From an uncultured Spirochaetota bacterium (GTDB lineage: Bacteria; Spirochaetota; Spirochaetia; SZUA-6; Fen-1364), in assembly GCA_963734545.1 (NCBI GenBank), contig CAVTHO010000005.1, forward strand, positions 544,001 to 608,000: 64,000 nucleotides of DNA. Reading direction: 5' to 3'. Position 1 is the stretch's first letter; each line of letters opens with the position of its first letter. The notes beneath the pieces were generated by a model, which was given only the letters and a program-made list of their open reading frames with translations, made no database searches and had not been told where the DNA came from. The translations under genes and the position numbers were made by a program. This document shows, in pieces, positions 41,161 through 52,628 of the stretch.

Positions 41161-42225
41161 CTACGCCTCGCTTGATTGACGGATCACGAGCTTCGGGGAG
41201 AGAAGAGTCCGCCGCGCGCCGCGCGGCGCGCCGCCCGCCCGGCGCGTGCGGATCAGCTCGATCAACCGCTCGCAGGTGACCAGGGAGAGCTCTTCGCGGG
41301 GCTGGTGGATGGTGGTGAGGGAGGGGCGCATGCTGGCGGCGAGGTCCGTGTCGTCGTATCCGATCACGGAGACGTCCTGCGGCACGCGCAGACCGAGCTC
41401 CTTGACGGCAAGCAGAGATCCGATGGCCATGAGGTCGTTTGCAGCGAACAGGGCATCGTAACCCTGTACGTTCCGGCCGAGACGCATCACCGCCTCGTAG
41501 CCGGACTCCATGGTCTGGTCCCCCTGCAGGAGGTCCTCCGGGCGCAGCGCGATCTCCGATTCCGAAAGACCGCGGCGCAGCCCTGCCAGACGGAGCCGGT
41601 ATTCCCGTTCGGTCTCCTTCACACTTTCGGTTGTCAGGCACAGGACGCGCTTCCTGCCAAGGGCGCCGAAGTGCTTCCCCGCGAGGTAGCCGCCGTACTC
41701 GTTGTCCGGGTAGATGACGTCGACGTCCGCCGGGCACTGATCCGTCGGCGGGTAGTGGGAGAACACGAACGGCACTTCCTTCGCATGCAGGTAGTCGATC
41801 AACTCCTGCTCGAACACGGGCTGCACGATGATGAGCCCGTCCACCTTCTTGCGCGCGACGAGCTTCGTGATATTGTTTCCGCCGGTGAAGTGGTTGTTGA
41901 GAAACGCCACGAGCAGATCTATGTCGTTGCACTCGAGCACGCTGCGCAGAGAGCTGTGCAGCGTGCCGTGGTAGAGATTCACGCCGAAGCGGTCGTACTC
42001 GGGCGGGAGGATGATGCCGATCGTGCCCACGCGGCGGGTGATGAGGCTTCGCGCGTGGGAATTGAACTCGAAGCCGAGCGCGTCTGCAATGCCGCGGATG
42101 CGCTTGCGCGTCTTTTCGGGAATCAGAGTCACATCATTCAGGCTCCGCGACACGGTTGCCATGCTGACTCCGGCAGCTCTTGCCACATCGCGAAGTGTCG
42201 TCTCCTTGCAAACGTTTGCATTCAT
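41161..42225 (-). CDS. LacI family repressor (IolR-like)
   Basis: TLRDVARAAGVSMATVSRSL, ANDLMAIG, VPQDVSVIGYDD, LTTIHQP. Confidence 0.93.
   Translation of the reverse strand: MNANVCKETTLRDVARAAGVSMATVSRSLNDVTLIPEKTRKRIRGIADALGFEFNSHARSLITRRVGTIGIILPPEYDRFGVNLYHGTLHSSLRSVLECNDIDLLVAFLNNHFTGGNNITKLVARKKVDGLIIVQPVFEQELIDYLHAKEVPFVFSHYPPTDQCPADVDVIYPDNEYGGYLAGKHFGALGRKRVLCLTTESVKETEREYRLRLAGLRRGLSESEIALRPEDLLQGDQTMESGYEAVMRLGRNVQGYDALFAANDLMAIGSLLAVKELGLRVPQDVSVIGYDDTDLAASMRPSLTTIHQPREELSLVTCERLIELIRTRRAGGAPRGARRTLLSPKLVIRQSSEA
42207..42220. promoter_or_regulatory. LacI operator within the first codons of the repressor gene
   Basis: Perfect palindrome TGCAAACGTTTGCA; TTGACA on the minus strand at 42258-42263. 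Confidence 0.75.
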
Positions 42226-42311
42226 TCAGGATCCAGTTATTTTCATTTGCGTTTTTTTGTCAAGAGTGCGGGGTGGGCAGGTGTGTCCATCGAAGCTTTC
42301 CGCCGATGCGG

Positions 42312-45154
42312 TCAGCCTCTGGCCAGCCACGCCGTTCCACAGATGTTCTTGAAATCGCACCAGGGGCATACCGACTTCAAGTCCCGCGCAGGGGCGAAGG
42401 GAACGTCGGGTGAAACGATCTCCCTGAGCAGGCCGACGATCACGGATTCCAGCTTCGGCCAGGCTGCCTCCGCCTCCTTCGCGTCCGTGAACAGGGGCAA
42501 TTCGATGCGCGCGTCCATTTCGGTGCGTCCAAGGAGAAGGAACATGGCCTGGATGTCCGACTGGAGCGCGGCCGGTTTCCGCGGCATACAGCAGGACATA
42601 GAAGGGAAGCTGGAGCGTGCCGATGGCCGCGCTCCAGGTGGCGCGGTCCTCGATGACGAGCTTCTTGAGCCTCAATGCGTAGGCGGCGCGGTGGGCGGAG
42701 GTCTTGTAGTCGATCAGGCGCGGCGTGCCGTCGCGCTCCTGCACCACGTCCATGCGCCCCCGAAGGCTGAATCCTTCCCTGACCGCGGTCGCGTCGTGCT
42801 CCAGGGCCTGGAGGATCACCCGATGCTCCGTCGCCAATGCCCGAATGTAGCGGTCGACGAAATCCCGCAGGTGACGTCTGATCTGGTCGCGCAGGAGCCT
42901 GTTCGCCCCGGTCTCCGCGGGTCCAAACGATTCTGCAAAGAGCGCGTCCACGAGTCGGACCATCGCGGCGGGATCGGCATCCTCCGCGGAGAGCGGGCCG
43001 GCCTGTCCGCCCGGAGAAGTACTCGAAAAGCACCTTGTGGACGAAAGTGCCGATCTCTGCCGCGCCGATCTCTCCGGTGGTTTCCTCGCGCTGACCCAGC
43101 TTGAGAACGAATCTATAGTAGAATTTCAGAGGGCATTTCAGGTATGCATCGAGCCCGGTTGCGCTGTATTCGCGCAATCGGAGCCAATCCACCATGTCAG
43201 GGGTCTTGTTGACGGGCGCCGGGGGGCTGTTCGAGAGATCGACCCTGTACTGGATCGGGTGGACCAGGCGCTGCTCATCCAGGGTGCCCTGGGCCTTCTG
43301 GCGCTCCCAGAGAAAGCGTTCCACGAATCGGGACCTTTCCTTCCCGCCGCTTTGCACGGAGAACAGGTGGAGCTCGCGGGCGCCCGCCGTCAGCGTCTCG
43401 AAGTGGTATGCGGCGATGTCCTCCACGTCACGATAGGTGGAGAGGCCGAGCGCCGCGCGGACGGGGAAGGGGAGGAGGGTGTTCTCCGAGCCTGTTTCAG
43501 GAAGCGCTCCCTCGTCGGCATCCAGCACGAACACCCTCTCGAATCGCAGGCTGCGCGTCTCGAGGGCGCCCAGGACCTGGAGCCCGTGCAGGGGGGTTCC
43601 TTCGAAGGGGAGATAGCAGGTCTGCAGGTAGCGGCGGAGCAGCACGAAGTAGCTGGCCGTGTCGTTGAAGGATTTCACCGACATGAGGGACCGGGAGATG
43701 GTCTCCAGGGACCGGACAAACGACTCGGAGAAAGGCGTGAAATAGGGATGGTCGCGGGCCGTGCTCTCGTCGTGCACCCAGGCGATGAGCTGGATGCAGC
43801 GCTCGGCGAAGTCCCGCACGCTCCGGAAGGACCGGAACTTCGTGATGGTGCGTTCATGGATGTCGACGAGGTGCGCGCGAAGCGCCGCTGCCATTGCATC
43901 CCTGTTTTCCTGCGTTATCCTTCGCGCCGCCTCGTCGAACAAGGCGAGGTCATTCTCGATCTCCTCCAGCGTGGCGAACCTGCGCGTCCGGGTATGCGCG
44001 AGGCGTTCTTCCAGGGCGTGGAAGAGGACCCGCGTGGCCTCCGCCGATGCGCCGAGCCGGATGTTCTTCACGTACGGGTGCAGCACGAAAGAGACATAGT
44101 CCGGCAGATAGACGCGTTCCTCGTCCATGGAGCCGACGAGCTCCATGAGCGTGTTGAGAAAGCCGTAGAGCGGCGTGCGCGGAAGCGGGTAGCCGAGGGA
44201 GACGTTGTAGCTTTCCTCGTCGAACCGGGAAAGGCATTGCCGCACGAGGGGGAAGAGGGTGTCCGGCGTGGGGAGCACGATGAGCGTGCCGCTGTCAGGG
44301 GATTTCAATGCCGCGTTCAGCGCAAAGACCTGCCCATGGGTGTCCGGGCTGCTGTAGAAATGGACCTCGGGCCTCCGGGGTGTCGATTCCTCTCCCGTCT
44401 TTTCCGCGCCGGCGACGGCGAGCCCTTTGATCCTTTTCCGCAGTCCCGGGCCGTCCTGAAACACGAGCTGGACGGAAGGCCATTCCTTGAGCTTCCGGAA
44501 CAGGGCCGCCTCCGACTCGGTAAGGGCGTAGAACCCGGCAAGGATGATCAGGCCGCGCACGGGAAGGTCGCCCGGCTCGATTGCCTCCGCAACCAGGCGG
44601 TAACGGGAGGACCTGGTGGAGAGACCCTGCTCCCGCACGGCGGGATAAAAAGCATCGTAGAAATAGGCGAGAGACTGGAGCCGCTCCCGGGAACGCGGCG
44701 GCACTTCCTGCTCGACGAGAGTCTGCACCTCCGCCGCCTTCCGTGAGGATACATTCTCGATCAGGAGCTCCTCGAGATCGCGGTGGATCTTCAGCCCGAT
44801 GGGGAAAAAGCTGTCCAGTGTCATGAACGCCTTGCCGCCGAGCGGCCGGGCCGCGGCAAGCTGGATATCGTGCAGGACGGCCACCGCGTCTATGGGCTCG
44901 AGTTTCGGCCGGGTGAGCCCCGCGCGCTCATCTCGTGTCTCGAAAACCAGGTCGATGAGCTCGTCCATCGAGAGAACCCGCGGCGGCACGAAGCTCTTTT
45001 TCAATTCCTCCGCAAGGCGCCGGCGGAGAAAATGGGCAGGCCGCTTGCCGGGGAAAACCACGAGAGATTCCCGCACGTCTTTCCCGGCGTCCGTCAGCCG
45101 CCGGGCTATCTCATCGATGAGGCTCGCTGCCGCGGGGAGGATCGTGGCGTTCAA
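42312..45154 (-). CDS. addB: AddB-like PD-(D/E)XK nuclease subunit, two apparent +1 frameshifts (~42996, ~42565)
   Basis: VVFPGKRP, GLQVLGALETR, YSATGLDAYLKCPLKFYY, GRMD...LIDYKT, C-terminal CPWCDFKNIC (Fe-S staple cysteines). Confidence 0.8.
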
Positions 45155-48100
45155 ACGACCCTCCGGACGCTTCCCGCATCGACAAAGGCGAGGAGGGCTT
45201 CGACGGTCCTGCCCGGATACACCTGGCGCAGGATTCGCGCGTACGCGCGCACGTCCTCCTCGTAGCGGCCGGTCTCTTCCGCGCCCGTCTTGAAGTCCAC
45301 AACGGTCACGCGATCTCCGTCCACGACGACCCTGTCCATCCGGAAAAGCCTGCCTGCCTCATCGCAGAACTCCTGCTCGCGAAGCACGAGGCGTCCGGGC
45401 GCGCGGGGTGAACAGTCTCCCGAGCTCCGTGCCGCGCAGAACGCGCGCAAGGGCCTCTGCGGCGTCCGCGAGCCCTGCCGGATCTTCCCGGACCTCGCGC
45501 GCGGTCCGCGCGGCCGCTGCCCGCAGGGTCTCTCGTGCGTCGGCGCCGATGTACTCCACGAGCTCCAGCATCCTGTGCACCCGTTCGCCCCGTCGGCGCT
45601 CGAGCCGGCCCAGCCGGCCGCTGGCAAACGGGGCAGGGACCGGCCGGGTCTCATGGGAGAGGGGGGGGCCGGACTCCGGTGGGGCGGTCTCGAAGACAGG
45701 AACGCCTTTCTCCGCTGAAGCCTGAAACCCGTCGGCAGGCAGGAGGTCGAAGGGGAATGTGTCCCGCTCCCGCTTCACGCCGATCACGTACAATTCGCGC
45801 TTTGCGCGGGTGAGAGCAACGTACAGCCCGTTCAGCCGGTTGACTTTCTCTTTGGCAGCCTCCTCTTCGTAAAGGGCGCGCAGCGTGGGGTCCTTGTCCG
45901 CCACCGACCGGGTAAGCCGAACAAGGCTCACCTCGCCGCCCTGCCGCACGAGCGTGTGCTCGAATCCGCGGCTGGATTCTCCGTAGAGGAGAACGATGAC
46001 CACAGGAAACCCGAGGCCTTTCGCCTTGTGCACGGTCATGGCGCGCACGGACTCGGCACCGCGCGGAACGTCAATGGCCCACTCCCCGCCGTCGCCACCG
46101 GCCTGTCCCAGGAACTCGCGCAGGCTGTTCTTCCCCAGGCCTTCGAAATCCTTGACCGTTTCCAGGAGCTTGGCGAGCGTGGCTTCCTCCTCGCCGGCCC
46201 GCGCAAAGACGTCGAAGACGGCGTACGCTTCGCTCACCAGGTCATAGAGGGGCAGGTATCCGGCTGACCTGAAGAGACCGGCAAAGCAATCCTTCCACAA
46301 AGCGGAATATTCACGCTGAAATGCCTTGTACAGGGGCCTCTCGTTGCGGCTCCGGAACAGAAACTCGTGAAGACGGGCCATGTCGGTCCACCCGTGGCGC
46401 TGCGCCAGGCTGCGCGTGAAGATGTCGCTCAGGAGGAACGTCGCAAAGGCCAGGTCGTCCGGAGGTGAGTCGAGGAATCCGAGCAGCGCCAGCATCTCCC
46501 CGGCGATCTTTCTGCAACGCACGTCCAGGCTGCTGAAGGAGATGAACGGGATTCTCATTTCGTTCAGCCAGGAGGTCGCGGTGACGATCTGGTCGTTCCG
46601 GGAAGCCAGGAGGGCGATGTCGCCCCACCGGTATCCGCGGCGCCTCAGGTCTTCCATGATGTGCCGGAGCTTCACGCGCTCCGGCGGGTCCTCGTCCTCC
46701 CTCTCGAGGATGTGCATCTCCACGTAGCCTTGATCGCTGCCCGCGCGCGGCTTCTGCGTCCAGGCATCCAGCCCGCTCCTGCGCGCCGCATCCCGGTACT
46801 CCGGCGACGCATGCGCGTTCGTGCGGAAGACCTCGGAAACAAACTCGACCACCCGCGGTCGGCTGCGCCAGTTGATCGGCAGCTCGCGTACCGAGAGCCC
46901 GGCCGACGGGAATGGAGTGGTCGTTTCGAGGGATTTCATGATCGTGTAGTCCGCGTGCCGGAACCCGTAGATTGCCTGCTTGGTGTCGCCGACCACGAAG
47001 AGACTCCCGCCCATGGCCAGGGAGTTCTCCACCAGGGGATAGAGATTGCGCCACTGCAGCGGCGATGTGTCCTGGAACTCGTCCACCAGGAAGTGCCAGA
47101 CCCGGTCCCCGATTCTGAAGTAGATCTCGGGGATGATGTCCTGGGTGAGGTACGCGCCGAGGATGCGGTTGATGTCGCCGATGAACACCCTGCCTTGTCC
47201 GCGCTTTACCTTTTCCACCGTCGCGGAGAGCGCCGCGTGCAGCCGGAGGTAGGGCTGATAGTACGCGCGGGCACGGCACCCGGCGTACTCTCCCACCAGC
47301 AGGGCAGTCTGCTCCCAGGCAGCCTGGATCTCCCCCTGCCGGGTCTGCGCGCCCGTATCACGCCGGCCCGGCTTCTTCACCGGACCGCGCTTCATGCTGC
47401 GCCCGGCAATGTCGCCGAACCTGCCTTTCCGGGCATTCGCCAGGGCCTCGCGGAAGGCCGACCGGGGGCTTTCTTCGAGCCCCGAGGCGTCCACCATGCC
47501 GGCCACATGCTCGAGACTCTCGCGGATCCGCGTCTCCAGGTGCCGCAGGCGCGGACGCAACTCCAGGGATGACACCTGCTCCTCCCGCGCGGACAGCCTC
47601 GATTCGATCTTCTTGACCTCGTCGAGCAGGGGCGACGCCGGGTCCCACTGATAAGGGTCCTCCGCTCCCCTGAACCCGAGCACGGCGTGGATGGTCTCGT
47701 CGAGGAGCGCGGCCGCGGGGCTGCCTTCCCGCGCCTCGCGCAGGAAGAGAGTGAACGCATAGTCGATGAGCGGAGCGGGGTCCATGACGATCTCGAAATC
47801 GGGGCTGTAGCCGAAATCCAGCGCCGATGCGCGAAACACCGTGGACATGAAGCTGTCGATGGTGCTCACCTGGAAGTCGGAATACCGGGTCAGGATTTCC
47901 TCGATGAGCTCTCCTGCCCGGCGGGCCGTGCGCTCCTCGCCGCCCTCGGTGACCGCCGCCAGCTCCGCCAGCCTTTCCGGATGCCGGAGGTGCGTCATTT
48001 TCAGCCAGCCGAGGACGCTCTCCCTCATCTCTCGCGAGGCATTGTTGGAGAAGGTGATGGCAAGGATATTCCGGAGGTCGTTCTTCGGCACCCTGTGCGA

Positions 48101-48217
48101 CAGGAGGAACTGCGCAAAGCGCTCCGTCAGCGCAAACGTCTTCCCTGAGCCGGCAGAGGCCTTGAGGACCGTGACGCTCGGAAATCGAATCAGGGCGTCC
48201 GGTTCAAGGTCAGGCAT
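45151..48217 (-). CDS. addA: AddA-like UvrD helicase-nuclease, apparent +1 frameshift near 45400
   Basis: ASAGSGKT, VDEFQDTS, VGDTKQAIYGFR, MTVHKAKGLGF, YVALTRA; nuclease RMDRV...VVDFKTG in the next frame. Confidence 0.85.
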
Positions 48218-48247
48218 GGATGTCGATGATAACAATGGCGGATAGCG

Positions 48248-48275
48248 TTGACAAGGAGCGCGGGAGGACTATATT
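48248..48275 (+). promoter_or_regulatory. sigma70-type promoter of the polysaccharide locus
   Basis: TTGACA-16bp-TATATT. Confidence 0.55.
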
Positions 48276-48577
48276 TGCGATCGGAATGGAGTTTTGATGA
48301 AAAGACGGATCCCTGCACCGGCCCCTTTCCGCAGATTGCCGGCGTTCCCCCCTGGGCCCGCCCGGCGCGCGGAAATACTGTCATAGCGGCTGCTGAAATC
48401 GGCTGTGGGTGATGGTACCTTCGGTCCGGGGGGAGAGCGGCAGTGATCCCGGCTGAGAGAAGACACGCTGCCCGGATGCGACATGCGCTGGGCAGGGCAG
48501 GATTGGACGGTTCGACGCCCGCGCGGAGCGAGGCGGACGTCCTTCTGCCCCGCTCCGTTCCGGCCGCTCGCGGCCGG

Positions 48578-50017
48578 ATGAGCGCGAGAAAGCACAAGAT
48601 CCTCATCCTGCTTCTTGTTCAACTCGCATTCTTCACCGGCCTCTGGTTTGCGGCGCGAAGCGTGGCCCTGAGGATGGATCCATGGGCGAACATCCTGTCC
48701 CACCGGCTCGTTCTGCCGCTCGCGCTCTTCTTCCTGTCCTACTTCCTCCTCAACTGGAGGAACATCTACTCGCGGGACTACCACTACTACCTTCGACGCG
48801 CCCACAGAACCGTCCTGAAAAATGGTCTGCTGCCCATGGCCCTCGCCTGCCTTGGCTTCCTGGCCCTGGGGACCTGGCGGACCGTGCCTGTTCCGCTGAT
48901 GCTCGTCTTTCTCGCCGCGGGATTCGTGAGCTTCGCCATTGCCGACGGCAGTCAGTACCTCTGGATCCGTTATCTGAGCCGCCTCGGGTATTTCCGGAGG
49001 AAGGTCCTCGTGGTGGCCGCCCCCGGCATACCCCTCTCGACCCGCCTCGGCGTGCATGACTTCGGCTCCACGAAAATCTACGCCGGCGAGATCGACCGAT
49101 TGAACGGTGCCTGGGTCTGGAGGCCTGCAGGGGGTGGGGCTCCGAAAGTATTGAGGGAGTTCTCGCAGGTCAAGACGATCATCCTGAAGGAAAACATCGG
49201 GGACGTTCTCCTGTTCGTCGACGGATCCGCCGATCGGTACTTCGAGAGGGAGCTCGTCGACTACTGCCAGTCCCTGCCCATCAGCTACTCCCTCGTGCCG
49301 GAGAAGGCGGGGATGCAGCAGAATGGAATCGCAAGCCTCCTCTTTCCGAACATTTCCGTGTCCGAGAGATTCGCGGGGCCCCGCGATTCTCTCACGGCGG
49401 TTTCCGCGAAAAGGCTTCTGGATATCGCGGTATCGCTGCTCTGCCTCACCCTCTTCCTTCCCGCAGGGCTGCTCATCGCGCTGGCGATCCTCGTCCGGGA
49501 CGGCCCCCCCGTGTTCTACGTGTCCGAGCGGATAGGCAAGAATGGAAAACCCATGCGCTTCTTCAAGTTCCGGACGATGATCCGCAACGCAGAGGAGCAG
49601 AAGGAGAAGCTTCTCTCCTTCAACGCCCGGAGCGACGGACCACTGTTCAAGATGAAGAACGATCCGAGGGTCACCGCGATCGGAAGGCTGCTCCGGAGGT
49701 ACAGTCTCGACGAGTTTCCCCAGTTCCTGAACGTCCTCCTGGGCACCATGAGCCTCGTAGGGCCGAGACCGCACCTCCCGCGTGAGGTGGCGGAGTATCG
49801 GGAGGGCGACTACCTGCGGTTGGAATGCATGCCCGGTATCGTCGGAATTCCCCAGGTGTCGAAGAGGAACGTCACCATGGGCTTCCGTGAGTGGGTGGAG
49901 CTCGACCTCTCCTACCGGCGGAGCTGGTCGCTTTCCCTCGACATGGGCATCATAAAAAAGACGGTCAGCCTGTTTTTCCGTGCGCTCTTCTCGCGCCACG
50001 GTTCCGGCCACTACTGA
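48578..50017 (+). CDS. Priming polyprenyl-phosphate sugar transferase (WcaJ/WbaP-like)
   Basis: N-terminal TMs; KRLLDI, FFKFRTM, DPRVTAIGRLLRRYSLDEFPQFLNVL, MSLVGPRP. Confidence 0.92.
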   Translation: MSARKHKILILLLVQLAFFTGLWFAARSVALRMDPWANILSHRLVLPLALFFLSYFLLNWRNIYSRDYHYYLRRAHRTVLKNGLLPMALACLGFLALGTWRTVPVPLMLVFLAAGFVSFAIADGSQYLWIRYLSRLGYFRRKVLVVAAPGIPLSTRLGVHDFGSTKIYAGEIDRLNGAWVWRPAGGGAPKVLREFSQVKTIILKENIGDVLLFVDGSADRYFERELVDYCQSLPISYSLVPEKAGMQQNGIASLLFPNISVSERFAGPRDSLTAVSAKRLLDIAVSLLCLTLFLPAGLLIALAILVRDGPPVFYVSERIGKNGKPMRFFKFRTMIRNAEEQKEKLLSFNARSDGPLFKMKNDPRVTAIGRLLRRYSLDEFPQFLNVLLGTMSLVGPRPHLPREVAEYREGDYLRLECMPGIVGIPQVSKRNVTMGFREWVELDLSYRRSWSLSLDMGIIKKTVSLFFRALFSRHGSGHY

Positions 50018-50027
50018 GCGGAAGGCC

Positions 50028-51666
50028 ATGAGCCGACGAGGGGGCCTGTCGACGCTGCTCGTGATCGGGTGCGCGTGCGTTCTGGCCGCGCAGGAACAGC
50101 TGCCCGTGGACATCGATGATCCGGTGTACCCCCTCCTCGAGATCTCCGCCATCAGGGGTCTCGTTGCTCCCGGGTCCATGGTGAAGCCCTACAGCGAGAG
50201 AGAGATCCGCAGCCGCCTGGATGCGGCCCGCGGGGGTGAGCGGCCGCTCAGCCAGGATGAGCGCAGCGTGCTGGATGAGATGGCGAGGCGCTTCCCGAAA
50301 GGGGACGCACCGGTGGCGTACCTGGAGGCAGCGGGGCAATCGGGCCTCCGCGCCGACCTTTCCCGCGCGGGCGTCCTCGATTTCTCCCTCAGCGGGGAGG
50401 TGGGGATCCTCGGCAGTCTCTGGTCCATCGCCTCCTACCGGCTTCGGCTCGAGGGGATGCTGGACATGGCGGACCCCGAGGCCTTCGCCCCCTACGATTT
50501 TACGAAGCAGTGGGATGGATTCCAGGTGTGGACCGAAGGCAGCAAGGTGCAGACATCCAACGGCATCAACGGTCATTTGAACTTTGCATCCGCCGCGTCT
50601 TCGGCCCTCTCCTTCGACTTCTTCGACCACGCCCTCAACCTGCAGTTCACCAGAACGCGGCGCGACTGGGGCGTCGGGGAGGGAAGTCTCAGCCTTTCGG
50701 GGACCGCCCGTCCGATCGAAGCCTTCAGTGCGAGCGCCCGTCCCGCCTCCTGGGCGTCCTTCCACTTCCTCGCCGGGTCCCTCGGGGACTGGTGGAGCCC
50801 TGCCGCGGAACAGAAGATGTTTTCTCTCCATCGCATCGAGTTCTTCCCCCTGGACTGGCTCTACATCTCGCCCTGGGAGAGCGTGGTCTACGCCAAGCGG
50901 CTGGAGCTTTCCTACCTGAACCCGCTGATGCCTTTCTTCTTCGGCCAGCAGTTGAGCGGGGACTATGACAATATCGCGATGGGGGGGGACGTGGCAGTGA
51001 CGATCGCGCCATTCGCGCGCGTGTACTTCTCCCTTTTCGTGGACGAGATTTCTTTTGTGCCTCTTTCCACATTCTTCAGCCGGCCGGGCAACCAGTATGC
51101 CTGGCAGATCGGCGTGAAGGTGCCGCTGCCGTGGCCCGCCTGGGCGCTTTTCACCTTCCAGTATACGAAGATCGAACCGTACACATACACGCACTATCTC
51201 CAGGCGGTCCCGCAGTACGGCACGCAGTTGATCGACACCAGCTATTCCAACGACGGCGAGAACATCGGCTACCATCTCCCTCCCAACTCCGACGAGTTCC
51301 TCGTCCGTCTCTCCGCCTATCCTGCCCCGCGGCTGTCGGTGACGGCGCAATACCAGCTCATCCGTCACGGGACCGGGCAACCACCTGCTGGGCCAGATCG
51401 AGGGGGATATCAGCATCCCGATCGTCTACGACCCCCCCACCACGTATCCGTCGAAGGATTTCCTCAACGACGGCATTTACGAGTGGATTCACATTGCCCG
51501 CCTCGGCCTCGCCTATTCGTTCCCGGCCCTCCATGCCTCCGTGTGGGCGGAATATGCCCTTGTGTCTGCTTCAGACTACAAGAACATCCCGGGAAAAAAC
51601 GCGCTGAAGAATCTCGTCGGCATCGGCGTGAGGTTCCAGGCTGCGACCTGGTCCGGTGGAGAGTAG
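50028..51666 (+). CDS. Wzi-like capsule assembly outer-membrane beta-barrel, apparent +1 frameshift near 51376
   Basis: Signal peptide, KPYSEREI, RDWGVG..SLSLSGTARP, HRIEF, SYLNPL, IEPYTYTH, IGYHLPPNSDE; continues in the +1 frame to TAG at 51666. Confidence 0.7.
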
Positions 51667-51681
51667 GCGGGATCCGGGCCG

Positions 51682-52584
51682 TCAGGACTCCGATGCCGCG
51701 GCGTCAGAATCCGGCAGGACGATGCGGAATCCAATCGAACCCTGGAAGAGGAAGGGCGTGAACCCGATGTCCGAAAAGCCCGAGAGAAAGTCTGTCCCGA
51801 AGCTCCAGACGCTGGTGCGCAAACCGAGAGTCAGGGCGAACGCGGGGACGATGATCAGGTCGATTCCCGCACCCACGATGAAGGAGCTCAGGCCGTGAGA
51901 AGGACCGAGGCCGGCATTGTACTGCCGGAGAAGCGACTGGTAGGCGAAATTGAAATCGAGACGGTAGGGAACATTCTTTTCGAAGACCTTCACGTCGAAG
52001 GTATAGGCGGTGAGACTGTCGATCAGGAAATTGGAGCCCTTGAAGTAGCTGAACTCCTTGTACGACATGGCCAGGGAGCAGATGGCGGAATTGCGAATGT
52101 AGAACCCGAGCATGACCTCGTTGCCCAGGGCGGAGTTATCTCCGGTGCTTGCCAGTCCGCCCAGCGCGTTGTCCGTCCGCAGGGTCAGGAACGCAATCCC
52201 CGGAAGCTCCGCGCCGACCAGGGTGGAAATGCCCGGCTTCAGGATGGTCGAACGGGAGTTCAGCAGGCCGAGGTAGGGACCCACCCCCACGCGGAAATAG
52301 TCCGACTTGTACTGGAGCAGCGCGGAGAGAGAGTTTCCAAGGATCAGGTCCCTGCTCAGAACCGCGTCGAGACGGATGTTGCGGGAAACGTCCTGGCGCA
52401 GAGACAGGAGCCCGCCCCAGAAGTAGCTCCCTCCGTTGTAGTCGGCGTCCGCGGGGTCCCGTGACTGCGCGAAACCGAGGTTGCCGAGCGGAAAGCTTCC
52501 CTCGATCTCGAGCCCGCTCGCGGAGGACGCGGCACCGCAGAGGAGAACCGTGATGAGGACGGACAAGGCAAAGGTTTTTGTCAT
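51682..52584 (-). CDS. Hypothetical outer-membrane beta-barrel-like protein
   Basis: Signal peptide MTKTFALSVL...; alternating Gly/aromatic strands; ends FQGSIGFRIV. Confidence 0.65.
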   Translation of the reverse strand: MTKTFALSVLITVLLCGAASSASGLEIEGSFPLGNLGFAQSRDPADADYNGGSYFWGGLLSLRQDVSRNIRLDAVLSRDLILGNSLSALLQYKSDYFRVGVGPYLGLLNSRSTILKPGISTLVGAELPGIAFLTLRTDNALGGLASTGDNSALGNEVMLGFYIRNSAICSLAMSYKEFSYFKGSNFLIDSLTAYTFDVKVFEKNVPYRLDFNFAYQSLLRQYNAGLGPSHGLSSFIVGAGIDLIIVPAFALTLGLRTSVWSFGTDFLSGFSDIGFTPFLFQGSIGFRIVLPDSDAAASES

Positions 52585-52628
52585 GTGCACAGCCGCGTTA
52601 CCGGGGCCAGCATAGCACGAACTCCCGT

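Noticed and set aside
42312-48217. Helicase plus Cas4-like nuclease as a novel defence system
   Set aside because: Size, motifs and Fe-S cysteines match housekeeping AddAB recombination genes.
48428-48480. GCTGAGA as a TPP riboswitch core
   Set aside because: The downstream CCTGATC/TAATGCC/GGGA elements are absent and the context is not thiamine-related.
48505-48525. GGTTCGACGCCC resembling a tRNA T-loop
   Set aside because: No T-stem, acceptor stem or anticodon arm can be formed.
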